Shown in pieces: positions 16,443 through 27,230 of a stretch of DNA of 64,000 bases (the first letter of the stretch is position 1; the number at the start of each line of letters is the position of its first letter). The notes beneath the pieces were generated by a model, which saw only the letters and a program-made list of their open reading frames with translations, was not told the DNA's origin and did not search any database. The stretch lies in IMG/VR virus record IMGVR_UViG_2599185214_000003; one strand, 5' to 3'. The position numbers and the translations under genes are program-made. This DNA comes from a virus.

Positions 16443-18338
16443 CTAGGCCGGGAAGCTGTAGTTGTAGTTCGTGCTCGTACCGTTGGATTCCGTCGAAGTG
16501 GCCGACCCGGTTCCGGTGATCCCTGCCGACACGTGCATTGCGGACATCGCGCCGGCCGCGAGCTGGGCCGAGAACTGCCCCAGCGCCTTGGCCGCCTCCA
16601 GCGCGACTTGCGCCTGCTGCACCGCGTTCTGGATCTTCGCCTGGTACTCGCTGATCTGCATCTGCGCGTAGGCGATGTTGGTCCGGGTGTTCATGTCGGC
16701 GAAGCGCGACTGCATCTCGGCATCCGCCACCACCGCGTTGGTCTTCGCGCGCCAGCCCTCCACCTGCGCCTGGTAGACCTGCGTGCTGTAGAGCACCTCG
16801 CGCATGCCGGCGTCGATGCGCGCCTTGAACCCGTCAACGTCGGCCAGGAACTTTGAGACCTTGGTGCGCGCGGCCTCCATCTTGATCTGCGCGCCCTTGA
16901 CCTTGATCTCGGCCTTGTTGGTCACCGCCTGTACCGTGGCAGCGTAGGCGCGCGACTGGGACTCCAGCACCCCCGCTTTCGCCGCTTCGCCCTTCACGCG
17001 GGACTCGTAGGCATCGAACTTCGCCTTCTCGGCACCCACCTGCTCGGCGAAGGCCTGCACGTCGGCGCGGTAGGCGTCGAACTGGTTCTTGATGACGTCC
17101 GCGCGCACCTGGGCGCCACGCATGAGCGAGGTGAAGACCTCCACCGTGGACTGCACGCCGGCGAGCTTCGCCTTGAACACCTCGACGCGCTGCTGGTTGA
17201 TCTGGCCCAGCGCCACCTGGCCGTCGACGGCCGTCTTGTAGGCCGTCAGCTTGGCCAGCGCCGCGTCCAGGCGCGTGCGGAAGACCTGCGCCAGCGTGGC
17301 GAAAGCCGCGTTCTGCGCGTTGAAGAGGCTCACGCGCGCGTTGAACACGTTGATCTGGCTCTCGGCGCCGAAGCGGGCGACCTCGAACAGGCGCTTGGCC
17401 ATGTTCTCGTAGAGGTTCTGGGTCAGCTGCTCGAGCGCCATGCCCTGCTGCACCGCGAAGCGGATGTTCTCGATTTCCCACTGGGCTGCCTGAATCAGGA
17501 TGTCCCGGTTCAGCTCGGCCGCCTTCAGGCGGCCCTGCTCGCGAATCACTGCGCTCTGCTTCGCCAGCATGCCCGGCGGCATGGAGAACCCGCGCGCGGC
17601 CCACGTATCGACCGCCTCCTGCACCGCGCGCGTTGTCTCGGCGCTATCGCGCTCCCGGGCGCGGGCGAAGAGCGCCTCCTCGATCGGCGCGGGCAGCCCG
17701 GTACCGCCCGCCATCATGGCCTTCACCTTGGCCTGCAGGTCGCCCAGCACCTCGGACTCGTAGGCCGGCTCGGCCCAGTTGATGAAGACGTCGGGCACGG
17801 CGATGCCGTCGGCGTTTGGCGGCGCGGCGTCGAAGGTCGGCAACTGCGGGAATTCGAAGGCCGGCAACGTGAGGCGCTCGAGCGCCTCCATTTCCGGCAT
17901 GACGATCGCCGGCGCCGCGGGCAGTTCGACATCGGTGTCGATCTGGGGGCGTTGCGGCGCTGCCAGGTCGGCCATCCCCGGCGCGTCGGGGATGTTGATC
18001 GGGATGGCCGTCGGCGGCTCCGGCAGGTCGCCCAGGTCTCCGAGCTCCAGGTCATTCAGCAGCGCGTCGATGTTGATGTCGTCGGGCGCCGACGGCAGGA
18101 CCAGATTCGGCGGGCTGAACGTAGGCACGTCGCCGAGATTGACCGCTGGCGGGTTCGCGACTGGCGCGGCCGGCCGCGTCGGCGCCGGCACCTCCGCCAC
18201 CTTCACCTCGCCGATCTGCGCCAGCGCGCTGCTCAGCATGGCGTTGTAGCGGTTCGCCAAGACCTCTATCTCGGCCATCTTCTCGGTGACGGTCTCGACC
18301 GCCACGCCCAGAATGCTGTCAGGTGCGATGCCCATCAC
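16443..18338 (-). CDS. Coiled-coil virion protein (probable internal/ejection protein)
   Basis: 631 aa, Pro-rich N-half and long Ala/Gln coiled-coil C-half, within the structural operon. Confidence 0.55.
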   Translation of the reverse strand: MMGIAPDSILGVAVETVTEKMAEIEVLANRYNAMLSSALAQIGEVKVAEVPAPTRPAAPVANPPAVNLGDVPTFSPPNLVLPSAPDDINIDALLNDLELGDLGDLPEPPTAIPINIPDAPGMADLAAPQRPQIDTDVELPAAPAIVMPEMEALERLTLPAFEFPQLPTFDAAPPNADGIAVPDVFINWAEPAYESEVLGDLQAKVKAMMAGGTGLPAPIEEALFARARERDSAETTRAVQEAVDTWAARGFSMPPGMLAKQSAVIREQGRLKAAELNRDILIQAAQWEIENIRFAVQQGMALEQLTQNLYENMAKRLFEVARFGAESQINVFNARVSLFNAQNAAFATLAQVFRTRLDAALAKLTAYKTAVDGQVALGQINQQRVEVFKAKLAGVQSTVEVFTSLMRGAQVRADVIKNQFDAYRADVQAFAEQVGAEKAKFDAYESRVKGEAAKAGVLESQSRAYAATVQAVTNKAEIKVKGAQIKMEAARTKVSKFLADVDGFKARIDAGMREVLYSTQVYQAQVEGWRAKTNAVVADAEMQSRFADMNTRTNIAYAQMQISEYQAKIQNAVQQAQVALEAAKALGQFSAQLAAGAMSAMHVSAGITGTGSATSTESNGTSTNYNYSFPA

Positions 18339-19486
18339 ACTCTCCTTTTCGTTGGCGCCACGCTGACGCTCAGGTCGTTGATGTGTCCGCGCTTGCCGTT
18401 CAGCTTGAGCGCGAAGGTGAAATGCCGGCCGCGCAGGCCGCGCCCGAAGATGAAGCGGCCGTTCGTCAGCCGCTTGGCCAGTTCGGCCTGCAGCGCGTAG
18501 GCATAGGTCTGGGCCTCCCCCGACTGGGTGGTTGTGACCTCCATGCTGGCGGCGCCCTCCTCCAGCTCGTATTCGAGGAACGCCTGCAGCGGGTGCACGA
18601 GCACGCCCTGGCCGACGTCGACCGGTGCGGTGCGCAGCACTGCGGCTTGCGCCGTTGGCGTGTCCAGCGCGAACACGCCGTCTTCGGCCAGCCCGTACAG
18701 CGCGCCGTCGATGACCACCAGCGCGGTGAACGGCACTGGGTCGTGCCGCGACATCGCCCAGGAATCGGTGTTTGCCGTCCAGACTTGCGCGCGCACTGGC
18801 TCGCCGACCATCTGGTCGTCGGCCATCGCGCCGTCGCGCACCAGGTCGACGGCATGCAACTGGTCGATCACCGCGTCCGCCGCGTGCGCCAACTCGGTGA
18901 CCGGCGCGCCGGTCTGGCGAGCATCGATCACATCGTCCGCCGCGGCTGCAGCCGCGACCACCAGGTCGACCGCGTGCGCCCTGCCCGTGGTGAAGTCCTG
19001 GGCTTGCGCGACCTCCTGCACCAGCATCGAGGCAAAGCTCGGCGCCGAGTCGGCGATTCGCGCCGACTCGAGCACTTCGCTGGCCACCCTGCGCTGCGCA
19101 AGCACCGCATCGCTCGCCACCGCCGACTCGACAACTAGCGAACCGGTGCGCTCGATCACCTGGTCGCCGATCTGGGCGCCATCCGCATGAAGGACGCGCA
19201 GGCGGCCCAGCGCCTGATCGCTCGCGGCGGCGCGCTCCGCAATCACCTCGCGGCTTGCTCGTGCGTCGATCACCTGGTCGCTGATCGTCGCGTACTCGAT
19301 GACGATACCGCCGGGCCGGTCGATCACCGCATCGGAGAGCTGGGCCGCATCAGCGTGCAGCACCAGGAGCCCGAACAGCAGCGCGCTCGACGCGCGCGCG
19401 ATCTCCTCGGTCACGCTGGCCAGCCCGAGCCAGACAGAGCTGCTGGCAACAGCGGTTTCTTGAACGTCGTCTCGGTAGCTACTCAT
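18335..19486 (-). CDS. Hypothetical virion protein
   Basis: Likely start ATG 19486 (MSSYRDD); periodic Ala/Asp repeats; coupled to both neighbours. Confidence 0.6.
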   Translation of the reverse strand: MSSYRDDVQETAVASSSVWLGLASVTEEIARASSALLFGLLVLHADAAQLSDAVIDRPGGIVIEYATISDQVIDARASREVIAERAAASDQALGRLRVLHADGAQIGDQVIERTGSLVVESAVASDAVLAQRRVASEVLESARIADSAPSFASMLVQEVAQAQDFTTGRAHAVDLVVAAAAAADDVIDARQTGAPVTELAHAADAVIDQLHAVDLVRDGAMADDQMVGEPVRAQVWTANTDSWAMSRHDPVPFTALVVIDGALYGLAEDGVFALDTPTAQAAVLRTAPVDVGQGVLVHPLQAFLEYELEEGAASMEVTTTQSGEAQTYAYALQAELAKRLTNGRFIFGRGLRGRHFTFALKLNGKRGHINDLSVSVAPTKRRV

Positions 19487-22076
19487 TGATGACCCCGATG
19501 AAGTGGTGCGCGCTGCGGCTGTCGGCCAGCGCCGTGTACCCCCAGCGCCGGCGCAGCCCGTTCTGGTCCTGCTCGTAGATGCTCGCGTAGCTGCTGTCGC
19601 CGATGGCCACGTGCACGGCGTCGCGATAGAAGTAGGTCTGGTCTTCCGGCGAGAAGCCGAAGTACCAGGAGTGCGGAATGTCTCGATGCGCGATGACAGA
19701 GCCGGCACCCTTCATCGACACGCTCAGCCGCCCCGATTGCTCGGCGGGGAACAGCTTCTCGCTGGAGAATGGCTCGAAGCCCGGCGCCTCGCCGCCGATG
19801 ACGACGCCGTTGGCGTGCTGGGTGCCGGACGAGCGCGATGTGTAGGGCCCGCAGATGGCCGTCACGTCGAGAAAACCGCCGGGCGGCAGGTTGTACCAGT
19901 TGCCGCTGTCCGCGTAGTCGCTCACCTCGGTGGGCGAATACACCAGCGTGTCGATGTAGACGGGCACGCCGTCTTTCGAGGGCGGGTCCCCCTTGTTGTG
20001 GTTGTCGGTCTGCCCCATCCAGTGGAACAGGTTGTCGTAGCACCACAGCTGGTAGGAGGTCGGGTCCGCAATCGCGAACTGCTCGGTCTTCTCCGACTCG
20101 GCTCGGCCCGAGGTGCTGTCCGTGTAGGGGTAGAGGATGCAGTCGCGCTCGAACACTGGCACGCACGCGGCCACGTCGATGCCGAAGCCGGATGTGCTCT
20201 TCACCTTCGTCCGGTGGTAGTAGTAGCGAGCCCGGGAGAGCGAGCCCACACAGTACAGGATCGGCGGCGTCGCGAAAGCGGGCTGGCCATAGCCCATGTC
20301 GATCCCGGTGATGTGCGTGGTCGTGCTAACCGGCGGCGCCACCTGGCGATCGTCGAATGCCGAGGTGTAGAAGTAGCCCATCAGGCCGGAGTAGCCGGTC
20401 GTGACGGTCTTCTCCCATTGCCCGACGATCATGTTCTTCTCGAAGGTGCTCTGCTCCTCCTCCTGAAACTTCCGCTCGTCGTAGAAGTACTTGACCACCT
20501 GCAGCTCGTCATCGACGTAGCAGCCGAAAACGATGGTGTCGCACTTCACCGCCGGGCCCGCATAGTCCTCCGACACCATCACGAAGGACTCGCAGCCCTG
20601 CCCGCGGAGCTCCGGAAACTTCAGCCGTCCCATCGACTTCGGGTTCTTGCCGGGCCAGTACATCGGGCCGGTACCGACCCGCGCGACGTTGCCCTGATGC
20701 GTGGCGATCGGCTCCAGCTCGAGGGCGTCCCAGTAGTCCTTGTCGGGCCCGTTCGACACCCCGGCGCGCGCCAGGATCTGGCCCGCGGTCGCGCGCCGCA
20801 CCTTGTAGGCGATCGCGCGGGACCGGTGCGAACTGTCGCGCAACTGCTCGAACAGCCGGATCAGGTAGCCCTGCGCGCGCGCCGTCTCGTCCTCGCTGTC
20901 GAACTGCCATGCGGCCTTCAAGCGCCCACCGTTTTCAGCGGCGCCCAGCTGCAGCTTCATCTTGTAGGCGTGCGCACGCAGCAGGCCCGCGCCGTCGCGA
21001 TCCCAACAGGTATTGAAGCCCTCGCGGCCGCGGCTGTTGAAGGACCAGCCGCCGGCGGCATAGAAGGCCTGCCGCGAATAGAAGTCCGCGCAGTCGCACA
21101 CCTTGATGAACACGCCGGCGCGCCTCCACGCCTCGAAGTCGTGCTCGTCGTCTGGGAACGTCTCGCCCGACGGCAGGCCGCCGAAGCGATCGAGCACCTT
21201 CAGCAGTTCGGCATCGCCGACCTCTTCGATGTAGTCGCGGAAGGCCGCGGCCGTGGTGGCCGGCACCAGCGGCAGGGGCATCGCGAACACGCCGCGGGCG
21301 TTGACGCGCAGCAACCACGGCTTGCCGCTGCTGTCGAAGGAGACGGCATGCCCCTCCCCGTGCTGGTAGGCGTACTGGAACTGGCCCTCGCGATCCGGGA
21401 AGCCGGTGTAGCCCGGCAGCCGCAGGCCCGCGACCTCGCGCCGGATCTCGCGCATGTAGCGCTCGGGCACGCGCATCCGGGCCCGCTCGATGGGGTCGTC
21501 CGGCAGGTCGGCCAGTACCTGCCGGCCGTACCCGCCCACCACCTGCGCAACCTCGGCCATGGCGCCGCTGTACCAGGTCGGCCGATGCTTCACGTACTGC
21601 GTGAACGTGTAGATGCCGCTGTACTCCGGCCGGAAGTAGGCGAATCGATCGTGGTAGTCGATGCGGAAGCGCTGCAGCGCAACGTCCTTCGGCGGCAGGT
21701 CCACGTCGTCACGATAGCCAACGAGCCGTCGGCGCGTTTCCTCGGTCAACTTGATGCCCACGCCCTCTCCCTCGAGCACCTGCGCGCGGGTGATGACGCC
21801 TGAGAACAGCATCGGCACGTTCGTCTCGGCCAGCCCGGTGAGCTCGTGCTCTGGGTTCTCGTGCCGCTCCAGCACCAGGATCCTGAACACGCCGCCCATG
21901 TCGATCGCCACCGCCTGCCGGCCGCTGGGCAGGTCCGCGACGCGCTTCAGGCTGTCCAGGCCGGACAACTGCTTGAAGTTCGTCACAGACCTGGCCAGCC
22001 GCTCGACAGCGGCGGAATCTTCCTGGGACAGCTCCGCCTGCTCGGCAAAGCGCCCGTAGGGGCGCGGCGCGTGCAT
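19479..22076 (-). CDS. Large hypothetical virion/tail protein
   Basis: 865-aa ORF with typical codon usage, aromatic-rich, in the tail region. Confidence 0.65.
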   Translation of the reverse strand: MHAPRPYGRFAEQAELSQEDSAAVERLARSVTNFKQLSGLDSLKRVADLPSGRQAVAIDMGGVFRILVLERHENPEHELTGLAETNVPMLFSGVITRAQVLEGEGVGIKLTEETRRRLVGYRDDVDLPPKDVALQRFRIDYHDRFAYFRPEYSGIYTFTQYVKHRPTWYSGAMAEVAQVVGGYGRQVLADLPDDPIERARMRVPERYMREIRREVAGLRLPGYTGFPDREGQFQYAYQHGEGHAVSFDSSGKPWLLRVNARGVFAMPLPLVPATTAAAFRDYIEEVGDAELLKVLDRFGGLPSGETFPDDEHDFEAWRRAGVFIKVCDCADFYSRQAFYAAGGWSFNSRGREGFNTCWDRDGAGLLRAHAYKMKLQLGAAENGGRLKAAWQFDSEDETARAQGYLIRLFEQLRDSSHRSRAIAYKVRRATAGQILARAGVSNGPDKDYWDALELEPIATHQGNVARVGTGPMYWPGKNPKSMGRLKFPELRGQGCESFVMVSEDYAGPAVKCDTIVFGCYVDDELQVVKYFYDERKFQEEEQSTFEKNMIVGQWEKTVTTGYSGLMGYFYTSAFDDRQVAPPVSTTTHITGIDMGYGQPAFATPPILYCVGSLSRARYYYHRTKVKSTSGFGIDVAACVPVFERDCILYPYTDSTSGRAESEKTEQFAIADPTSYQLWCYDNLFHWMGQTDNHNKGDPPSKDGVPVYIDTLVYSPTEVSDYADSGNWYNLPPGGFLDVTAICGPYTSRSSGTQHANGVVIGGEAPGFEPFSSEKLFPAEQSGRLSVSMKGAGSVIAHRDIPHSWYFGFSPEDQTYFYRDAVHVAIGDSSYASIYEQDQNGLRRRWGYTALADSRSAHHFIGVINE

Positions 22077-22079
22077 GGG

Positions 22080-22667
22080 TCAGACGGTGAGGCTCAGTCG
22101 GTAGCCCACGTCGTAGGTGTCGGCGTTCTGGAACACGCGCGCCGCGGCGTACTTCGTCGCCGAGACCAGCGTACCGGTGGTGCCGCCCTTCGTGTTGTTC
22201 GTGAGCAGCGCAGCGCCCGTCACGTTCAGCTGGCCAGCGGTGGCAATCGTGAGCGTGGCCACGGCCGCCATGTTGTCGATGCTGTTGCCGGCCGTGTCGA
22301 CCGGCGTCCAGACCGGGCGCGTCGGGCTCGTGTAGCCCTCCGTCAGGCTGACGATCTCGGAGGCGACGGCTGCGAAGCTCGCCGCGGTCCAGTTCGGTGC
22401 CGGCGCAGCAGCGCCGCTGAACAGCGCCAAGTAGGCGCCCGCCGGCTTTGCCTTGCCGCCCAGAGCCACGTTCAGGATGTGCGCGAGGCCCTCGGTCACG
22501 ATCAGGTTGGGCGTGCGCTGCCACGCGCCGCCGTTGACGCGGTCGAAGTACTCGCCCGCGGCGTGCACGCCCAAGGTCGGAAAGGCGAGCCCGGCGTCGG
22601 TGACGTCGAAAATCTCGCGATCGAGGGCTCGAACGAGCGCGCGGGCCAGTTTGTTGCGCAGGGTCAT
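22080..22667 (-). CDS. Phage tail-associated protein
   Basis: 195 aa; PNLIVTEGLAHILNVAL...YLALF pattern seen in phage tail proteins. Confidence 0.6.
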   Translation of the reverse strand: MTLRNKLARALVRALDREIFDVTDAGLAFPTLGVHAAGEYFDRVNGGAWQRTPNLIVTEGLAHILNVALGGKAKPAGAYLALFSGAAAPAPNWTAASFAAVASEIVSLTEGYTSPTRPVWTPVDTAGNSIDNMAAVATLTIATAGQLNVTGAALLTNNTKGGTTGTLVSATKYAAARVFQNADTYDVGYRLSLTV

Positions 22668-22741
22668 AGGAAGCTCCAGTGGTCCTATGCCGCACTCCTG
22701 CGCAGCTGAATGGGCCCGACAGCACGCCGGGCAAGAAAACC

Positions 22742-23929
22742 TCAGGCTACCGCGGTCAGCAGTCGGCGACCAAACACTACAGAGGTCCCGGACCGCGCGG
22801 CGATGCCCTTCATCACGCCCGCCTGCAACTCGACCAGCGCGCCGGCGGCAGTGCCCACCACGTAGCCGTTGTCCGCCAGCCAGATTGCGGCCTCGGTCCC
22901 GCCAGCGGTGAGGTCGCCGCCCAGCGTGTCCGGCGGCGCCAGCACGGCGCTACCCGGCACCGGCGCGCGGCCGCCCTTCCGCTCCACCGAGAACTCCTCC
23001 GGGGCGCTGCCGCGCAGGAACACCACGTGGTCGACCTGCCCGACCCATATCCCGGCATCGACTGGCTGCACGAACGTGATGCGCTGAGGCATCTGCACGA
23101 AGCCGTGCCGCTCGTCGTGCAGATGGTAGGCCAGGGCCTCGGACCATCGAAGCACGTTGCCGCGAGCGGTGAGCAGCCGACCGCGCCACTGTGCAAAAAA
23201 ACGGCCCGTGGGCATCGGCGCCAGGTGGCGGAACTGCGCGGGCGCGCCCAACTGCGGCAGCAGCGGCAAATGAATGGTCGCAGTACCGGCCGGCCAGTCG
23301 CCGGCGCGCAGCAGCTCGCCGCCGTCCCGCCTCGTCAGGTACAGGCGCACTCCGGTGAGCGTCGGATCCAGCCAGATCGGCAGCGCGACCTCGAGCGCGC
23401 CGGCGGCGCCCACTTCAGCGGTTGCCAGCTCGGAGGTGGCGGACTCCTGCGCGCCGCGCAGCCAAGCGAGCGCCGCGCCGTAGGTGCCCGGCTCCAGCGA
23501 GCCCGCGCCTGCGGTCAGCAGCGGTGCCGCCGGCGTCTCGATGGTGAGGCGCTGCGCCACATTGCCGTCGAAGGTGAAAAGGCCTGCCGGTCCTGCAACG
23601 CAGACCAGGCTGTTGAGCACCACGTGTCCTGCGCCCTCTCCGACGTTCGCCAGCGACTCATGCGTCCAGCTCCTCGGGTCGATCTTGACCCACTGCCCCT
23701 CCAGCGTGCCAAAGGTGTCGCGGTGCAGCGGGCTCTGCCACACGTCGCGGTACCGGACCGTGGACACGCGCCGTTCCCCCGTGCGCACGCTCGCCCGGCC
23801 CGCCGCCGTGATGTCCACGTTCAGCGCATCGCGCAGGTAGACCCGCGCCGAGTCGCCGCCGCGCTTCATCGCCTCGTCCTCGGCCACGTTGTTGATGCCG
23901 GCCAGCGGCATGAGGGAAATGTCGTCCAT
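22742..23929 (-). CDS. Putative tail nozzle / head-closure protein
   Basis: Start ATG 23929 (MDDISLMPLAGINN) overlaps the upstream stop; beta-rich; FFAQWRGRLL...RWSEALAYH pattern. Confidence 0.55.
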   Translation of the reverse strand: MDDISLMPLAGINNVAEDEAMKRGGDSARVYLRDALNVDITAAGRASVRTGERRVSTVRYRDVWQSPLHRDTFGTLEGQWVKIDPRSWTHESLANVGEGAGHVVLNSLVCVAGPAGLFTFDGNVAQRLTIETPAAPLLTAGAGSLEPGTYGAALAWLRGAQESATSELATAEVGAAGALEVALPIWLDPTLTGVRLYLTRRDGGELLRAGDWPAGTATIHLPLLPQLGAPAQFRHLAPMPTGRFFAQWRGRLLTARGNVLRWSEALAYHLHDERHGFVQMPQRITFVQPVDAGIWVGQVDHVVFLRGSAPEEFSVERKGGRAPVPGSAVLAPPDTLGGDLTAGGTEAAIWLADNGYVVGTAAGALVELQAGVMKGIAARSGTSVVFGRRLLTAVA

Positions 23930-26838
23930 CAGAAGGCTCCTTTTCGGTACTGGTCCGCGTTGCCGTCGGGGCGGATGAAGTGCACAGCGGGCTTGGCATT
24001 GGGCACGCCCATGGCGGACAGATCCACACCCACAGGCCCCACAGTGCGCGCGGCCGGGCCCGGAGGCACGAAGGCGTTGCGCACGCGCATGCGCGCGTTG
24101 AAGTGCTCGGGGTCGTACTCGCTGGCGAAGGCCTCGAAGCCCGGCGGCTCCAGCCCGCGAATGCGCAGCGAGATCCATGCGGAGCCAAAGCCGGCCGCGT
24201 CGAAGCCGGGAGGCTTCGTTGGCATCAGAGGACCAACGTGCAGGGACTGCCACTGGTATGGAGGCTCCCCGCGCGAGCCGCCCATTGCGAGGGCGTTGAA
24301 GCCGGCGAGCTGGAAGGTGCGGTGAAGCAGCGAGGCCCAGGTAACCCCAAACCCCGCCGGCGCCAATCCCACCGGCCGCACCGTCTGCGGTCCAAGGAAG
24401 GGGCCGCGAGCGACCGACGACTGCCCGAACAGCTGCATGTCGGCGCCGCCGAACTGCTTCACGACCTGCGTGCCGTCCCCGAGGATCACCCAACCCATGC
24501 GATAGGCCTGGATTCCGGCCGGTTCCAGGTAGCGTCGGTGCAGCTGCACAGACGCGGCGCCGACCTGTGCAGTGTTCCCCAACGAATAGGGCTCCAGGAC
24601 ACCTCGGTAGGTGCGGACCGAATGCCGCCCGAAACGTGCTCCCGGCCCGTACTCCAGCGTCTGGCCAACGTAGTGCAGGTTGTTCGCCCCGTGGTTGCGA
24701 ATGGCCTGCGCCGGCGCCTCGACCACGGCCCAGATCGTGTGCGGCGTGATGCGCGCAGGGGAAGGTTCGAACACCTCGGCGCCCGGCCACTCCTGAACGG
24801 TGAGCACGCGCCTCTTGAGGCCCACGGTCGGCACGCCGTAGCCGTCCACCTTGATGCCAGCATCGACCATGATTCCGTTGCTGCGCACCGTGGCGTCACC
24901 GACCTTCAGCGCGTCGATGCCGAAGGGATACAGGACGTATTGGTTCAGCCCCGGCTTGCCGAACACGCTCAACGAGTCCACCGGCTCGCCGTCCTGGATG
25001 ATCCACTGCGGCGAGTACGGCGGCGCACCGGTCCGGGTCACCACCAGCTTGTCGCCGATGCGCATGAAATTGTTGCCCGGCACCGCGATGCTCTGCTTCC
25101 GGTCCGCGATCTTGGCCTGGCCGAACAGCTGCATGCTGTTGCCGTCGGGCGCCACCGGCCGGAACTGCAAGCGCACGAAGGCGTCCCCGAATTCCTCTGC
25201 GTTCCAACCGTAGCCGCGCATCTCCGGGGTCACGTTGTGCACACGCGGCTCGCCGAAGATGTCCCGGTGCGCCCACTTCGGCGCCACGATGTTGAAGTGA
25301 ATCGTCAGCGCGGCCAGGCCGACGCGCGCCATGTCGTCACCCTTCGAGTCGACGTACCGGGTGTACAGCTTGACCTCGGGCAGCGGAACGTCGGGCGGCT
25401 GGATTGCGTAGCGAGGCTCGAGCGCGAGCGTGCGGATGGCGAAGTCGATGAAGGGCACGCCATAGACGGCCGAGTCGATGTCGCCGATGCGCTGGTAGTA
25501 GCGGCGGGTGTTCTCCAGCGCGGCCAGGCCGAAGGCCTTCGCGTCTTCGCCCGCCGGCGCGATCACGCGCGCAGCGTTGTAGACCGCCGTCCAGCGGAGC
25601 ACGGGCGGCGGCTCTATCCCATCCATCGGCAGTTGCCGCACGCCATAGGCGACCAAGCCCGACGGCGTGGTGCCTGGGTAGCCTGGCGGCGTCATGCCGG
25701 CCGGGGCGATGACGCGCGCATTGTTGAAGACGAGCGGCTCGCCGGGCCGCGGCGGCGCGGTGCTGAAAGTCGCGACCGTCTTGTTTCGGTTCTCGACGGC
25801 GGTCCACTGCGACCATGCGGGCGGGTTCAACCCGTCGTTCGGGTCGTACTGCTGCAGCACGATCTGGCGAAGGTTGTAGGCCTGCGCGCGACCCCACCGG
25901 AATTGCTCCTGCACGTTCGTCTCGAAGCCCGGCGGCAGCACGAAGGACAGGTAGTTCTTGATCGTCGTCGCGCCCCACACCTCGCGGAAGCCTTGCGGTG
26001 CCACCGTCTGCGAGACCGGGATGATGCGCGTGCCGAAGGCCGACGAGTCCCACCCCGGCGGCGAGAGGAAGCGCGTGCCACCCACGTTCGGCCGGGCCAC
26101 CGCATCGAGGAAAGCGCCCGCCGGCGCCAGCATGCGCGTGCCCTGGCTGATCCAGGCCGTGCCGAAGCCCGGCGTCGGGATGCCCGCGGTGAGCTGCGCG
26201 TACTGCCGGTCGTGGCTGACGCGGTTCGTGTTGGCAATGCTGGTGGCCACCAGCCCGGTCGGCAGCAGGTAGCGCGTGTAGAGCCAGACTGTCGAGTTCG
26301 TGCCCAACGCTGGCGGCACGATGTTCCCGGCCGCGATGTAGCGGTTGCGGTTGATGATGGTCGGGTTGCCGCCGGCCATCGCGTCGAAGCCGCCCGGCAC
26401 CACCGGACGGTGTTTCAGCTGTGCGTTGGTTGCACCGAACGCCGAAGCGTTGAACCCAGCCACGACAACGTAGGTGTGATACCTCCATGCGGTGGCAACA
26501 CCGAACGCCTGAAGCGCAGAGCCGGTCGGCCGAACGAACTCACGTCCATTGCGCACGACAGGCACACCAGCCGGCGCCTCGGCGACGGACGCGGGAAACA
26601 GGTACTGGGTATCCCCGCCCGCGCCTTCGTCCTGAACAAACTCAAGGCCGACAACCTTGCCCGCGGGCGGCAGGTAGCCCGATGGCCCGAAGTCGAGTGC
26701 GACGTTCTTGCCGAGCGGCGGCTGATACGGCGGGCGGTCGACGAGGTTGAACGCGGCCGCCGCGCCATCCGGTGCGACATACCCCGGTCCCACGAAATTG
26801 AACGTGAGTGCGTCCGACGCTGGCGGGATATAGGGCAT
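23929..26838 (-). CDS. Tail fibre-like repetitive protein
   Basis: 969 aa; N-terminal Y-x-P-P...L-x-F triplet and many G(F/I)xxxxFG repeats. Confidence 0.6.
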   Translation of the reverse strand: MPYIPPASDALTFNFVGPGYVAPDGAAAAFNLVDRPPYQPPLGKNVALDFGPSGYLPPAGKVVGLEFVQDEGAGGDTQYLFPASVAEAPAGVPVVRNGREFVRPTGSALQAFGVATAWRYHTYVVVAGFNASAFGATNAQLKHRPVVPGGFDAMAGGNPTIINRNRYIAAGNIVPPALGTNSTVWLYTRYLLPTGLVATSIANTNRVSHDRQYAQLTAGIPTPGFGTAWISQGTRMLAPAGAFLDAVARPNVGGTRFLSPPGWDSSAFGTRIIPVSQTVAPQGFREVWGATTIKNYLSFVLPPGFETNVQEQFRWGRAQAYNLRQIVLQQYDPNDGLNPPAWSQWTAVENRNKTVATFSTAPPRPGEPLVFNNARVIAPAGMTPPGYPGTTPSGLVAYGVRQLPMDGIEPPPVLRWTAVYNAARVIAPAGEDAKAFGLAALENTRRYYQRIGDIDSAVYGVPFIDFAIRTLALEPRYAIQPPDVPLPEVKLYTRYVDSKGDDMARVGLAALTIHFNIVAPKWAHRDIFGEPRVHNVTPEMRGYGWNAEEFGDAFVRLQFRPVAPDGNSMQLFGQAKIADRKQSIAVPGNNFMRIGDKLVVTRTGAPPYSPQWIIQDGEPVDSLSVFGKPGLNQYVLYPFGIDALKVGDATVRSNGIMVDAGIKVDGYGVPTVGLKRRVLTVQEWPGAEVFEPSPARITPHTIWAVVEAPAQAIRNHGANNLHYVGQTLEYGPGARFGRHSVRTYRGVLEPYSLGNTAQVGAASVQLHRRYLEPAGIQAYRMGWVILGDGTQVVKQFGGADMQLFGQSSVARGPFLGPQTVRPVGLAPAGFGVTWASLLHRTFQLAGFNALAMGGSRGEPPYQWQSLHVGPLMPTKPPGFDAAGFGSAWISLRIRGLEPPGFEAFASEYDPEHFNARMRVRNAFVPPGPAARTVGPVGVDLSAMGVPNAKPAVHFIRPDGNADQYRKGAF

Positions 26839-26849
26839 GCGCTATTCGG

Positions 26850-27227
26850 TCACGCAGCCTTCGCCGAGACGTTGGCCAAGATCATGTCGTTGTAACCAGC
26901 ATGGCGGCACACAACGTCAAACCGCAGGGCCGTGCTCAACCCGTCGATGCGCCAGGTGCCATCAACGCCGGACATCACCGACCCCACCAGCATCCCGTCG
27001 CCCAACGCGCCCGTGGCCGTCCGAAGCAGTACTCGGACCTCCGCCGGACCGGGCACGCCTTCGATCTTCGTGATGCCTCCAGGATAGGTTCCGGCCAGAT
27101 ACCCAGTGCCCGCAACGTAGGCATCGGCGCCAGGCACATCGGCATTGACCAGATTCGCCGCTGGCGCCACATAGCCGGCTGTGAGCATCCGGCCGGCACG
27201 CAATCCGGTGGGTGGTCCGTACCCCAT
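26850..27227 (-). CDS. Small transthyretin/Ig-like tail module
   Basis: GTGYLAG...DGTWRIDGL...FDVV...GYNDMILANVS; paralog of 27900-28253. Confidence 0.65.
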   Translation of the reverse strand: MGYGPPTGLRAGRMLTAGYVAPAANLVNADVPGADAYVAGTGYLAGTYPGGITKIEGVPGPAEVRVLLRTATGALGDGMLVGSVMSGVDGTWRIDGLSTALRFDVVCRHAGYNDMILANVSAKAA

Positions 27228-27230
27228 GGG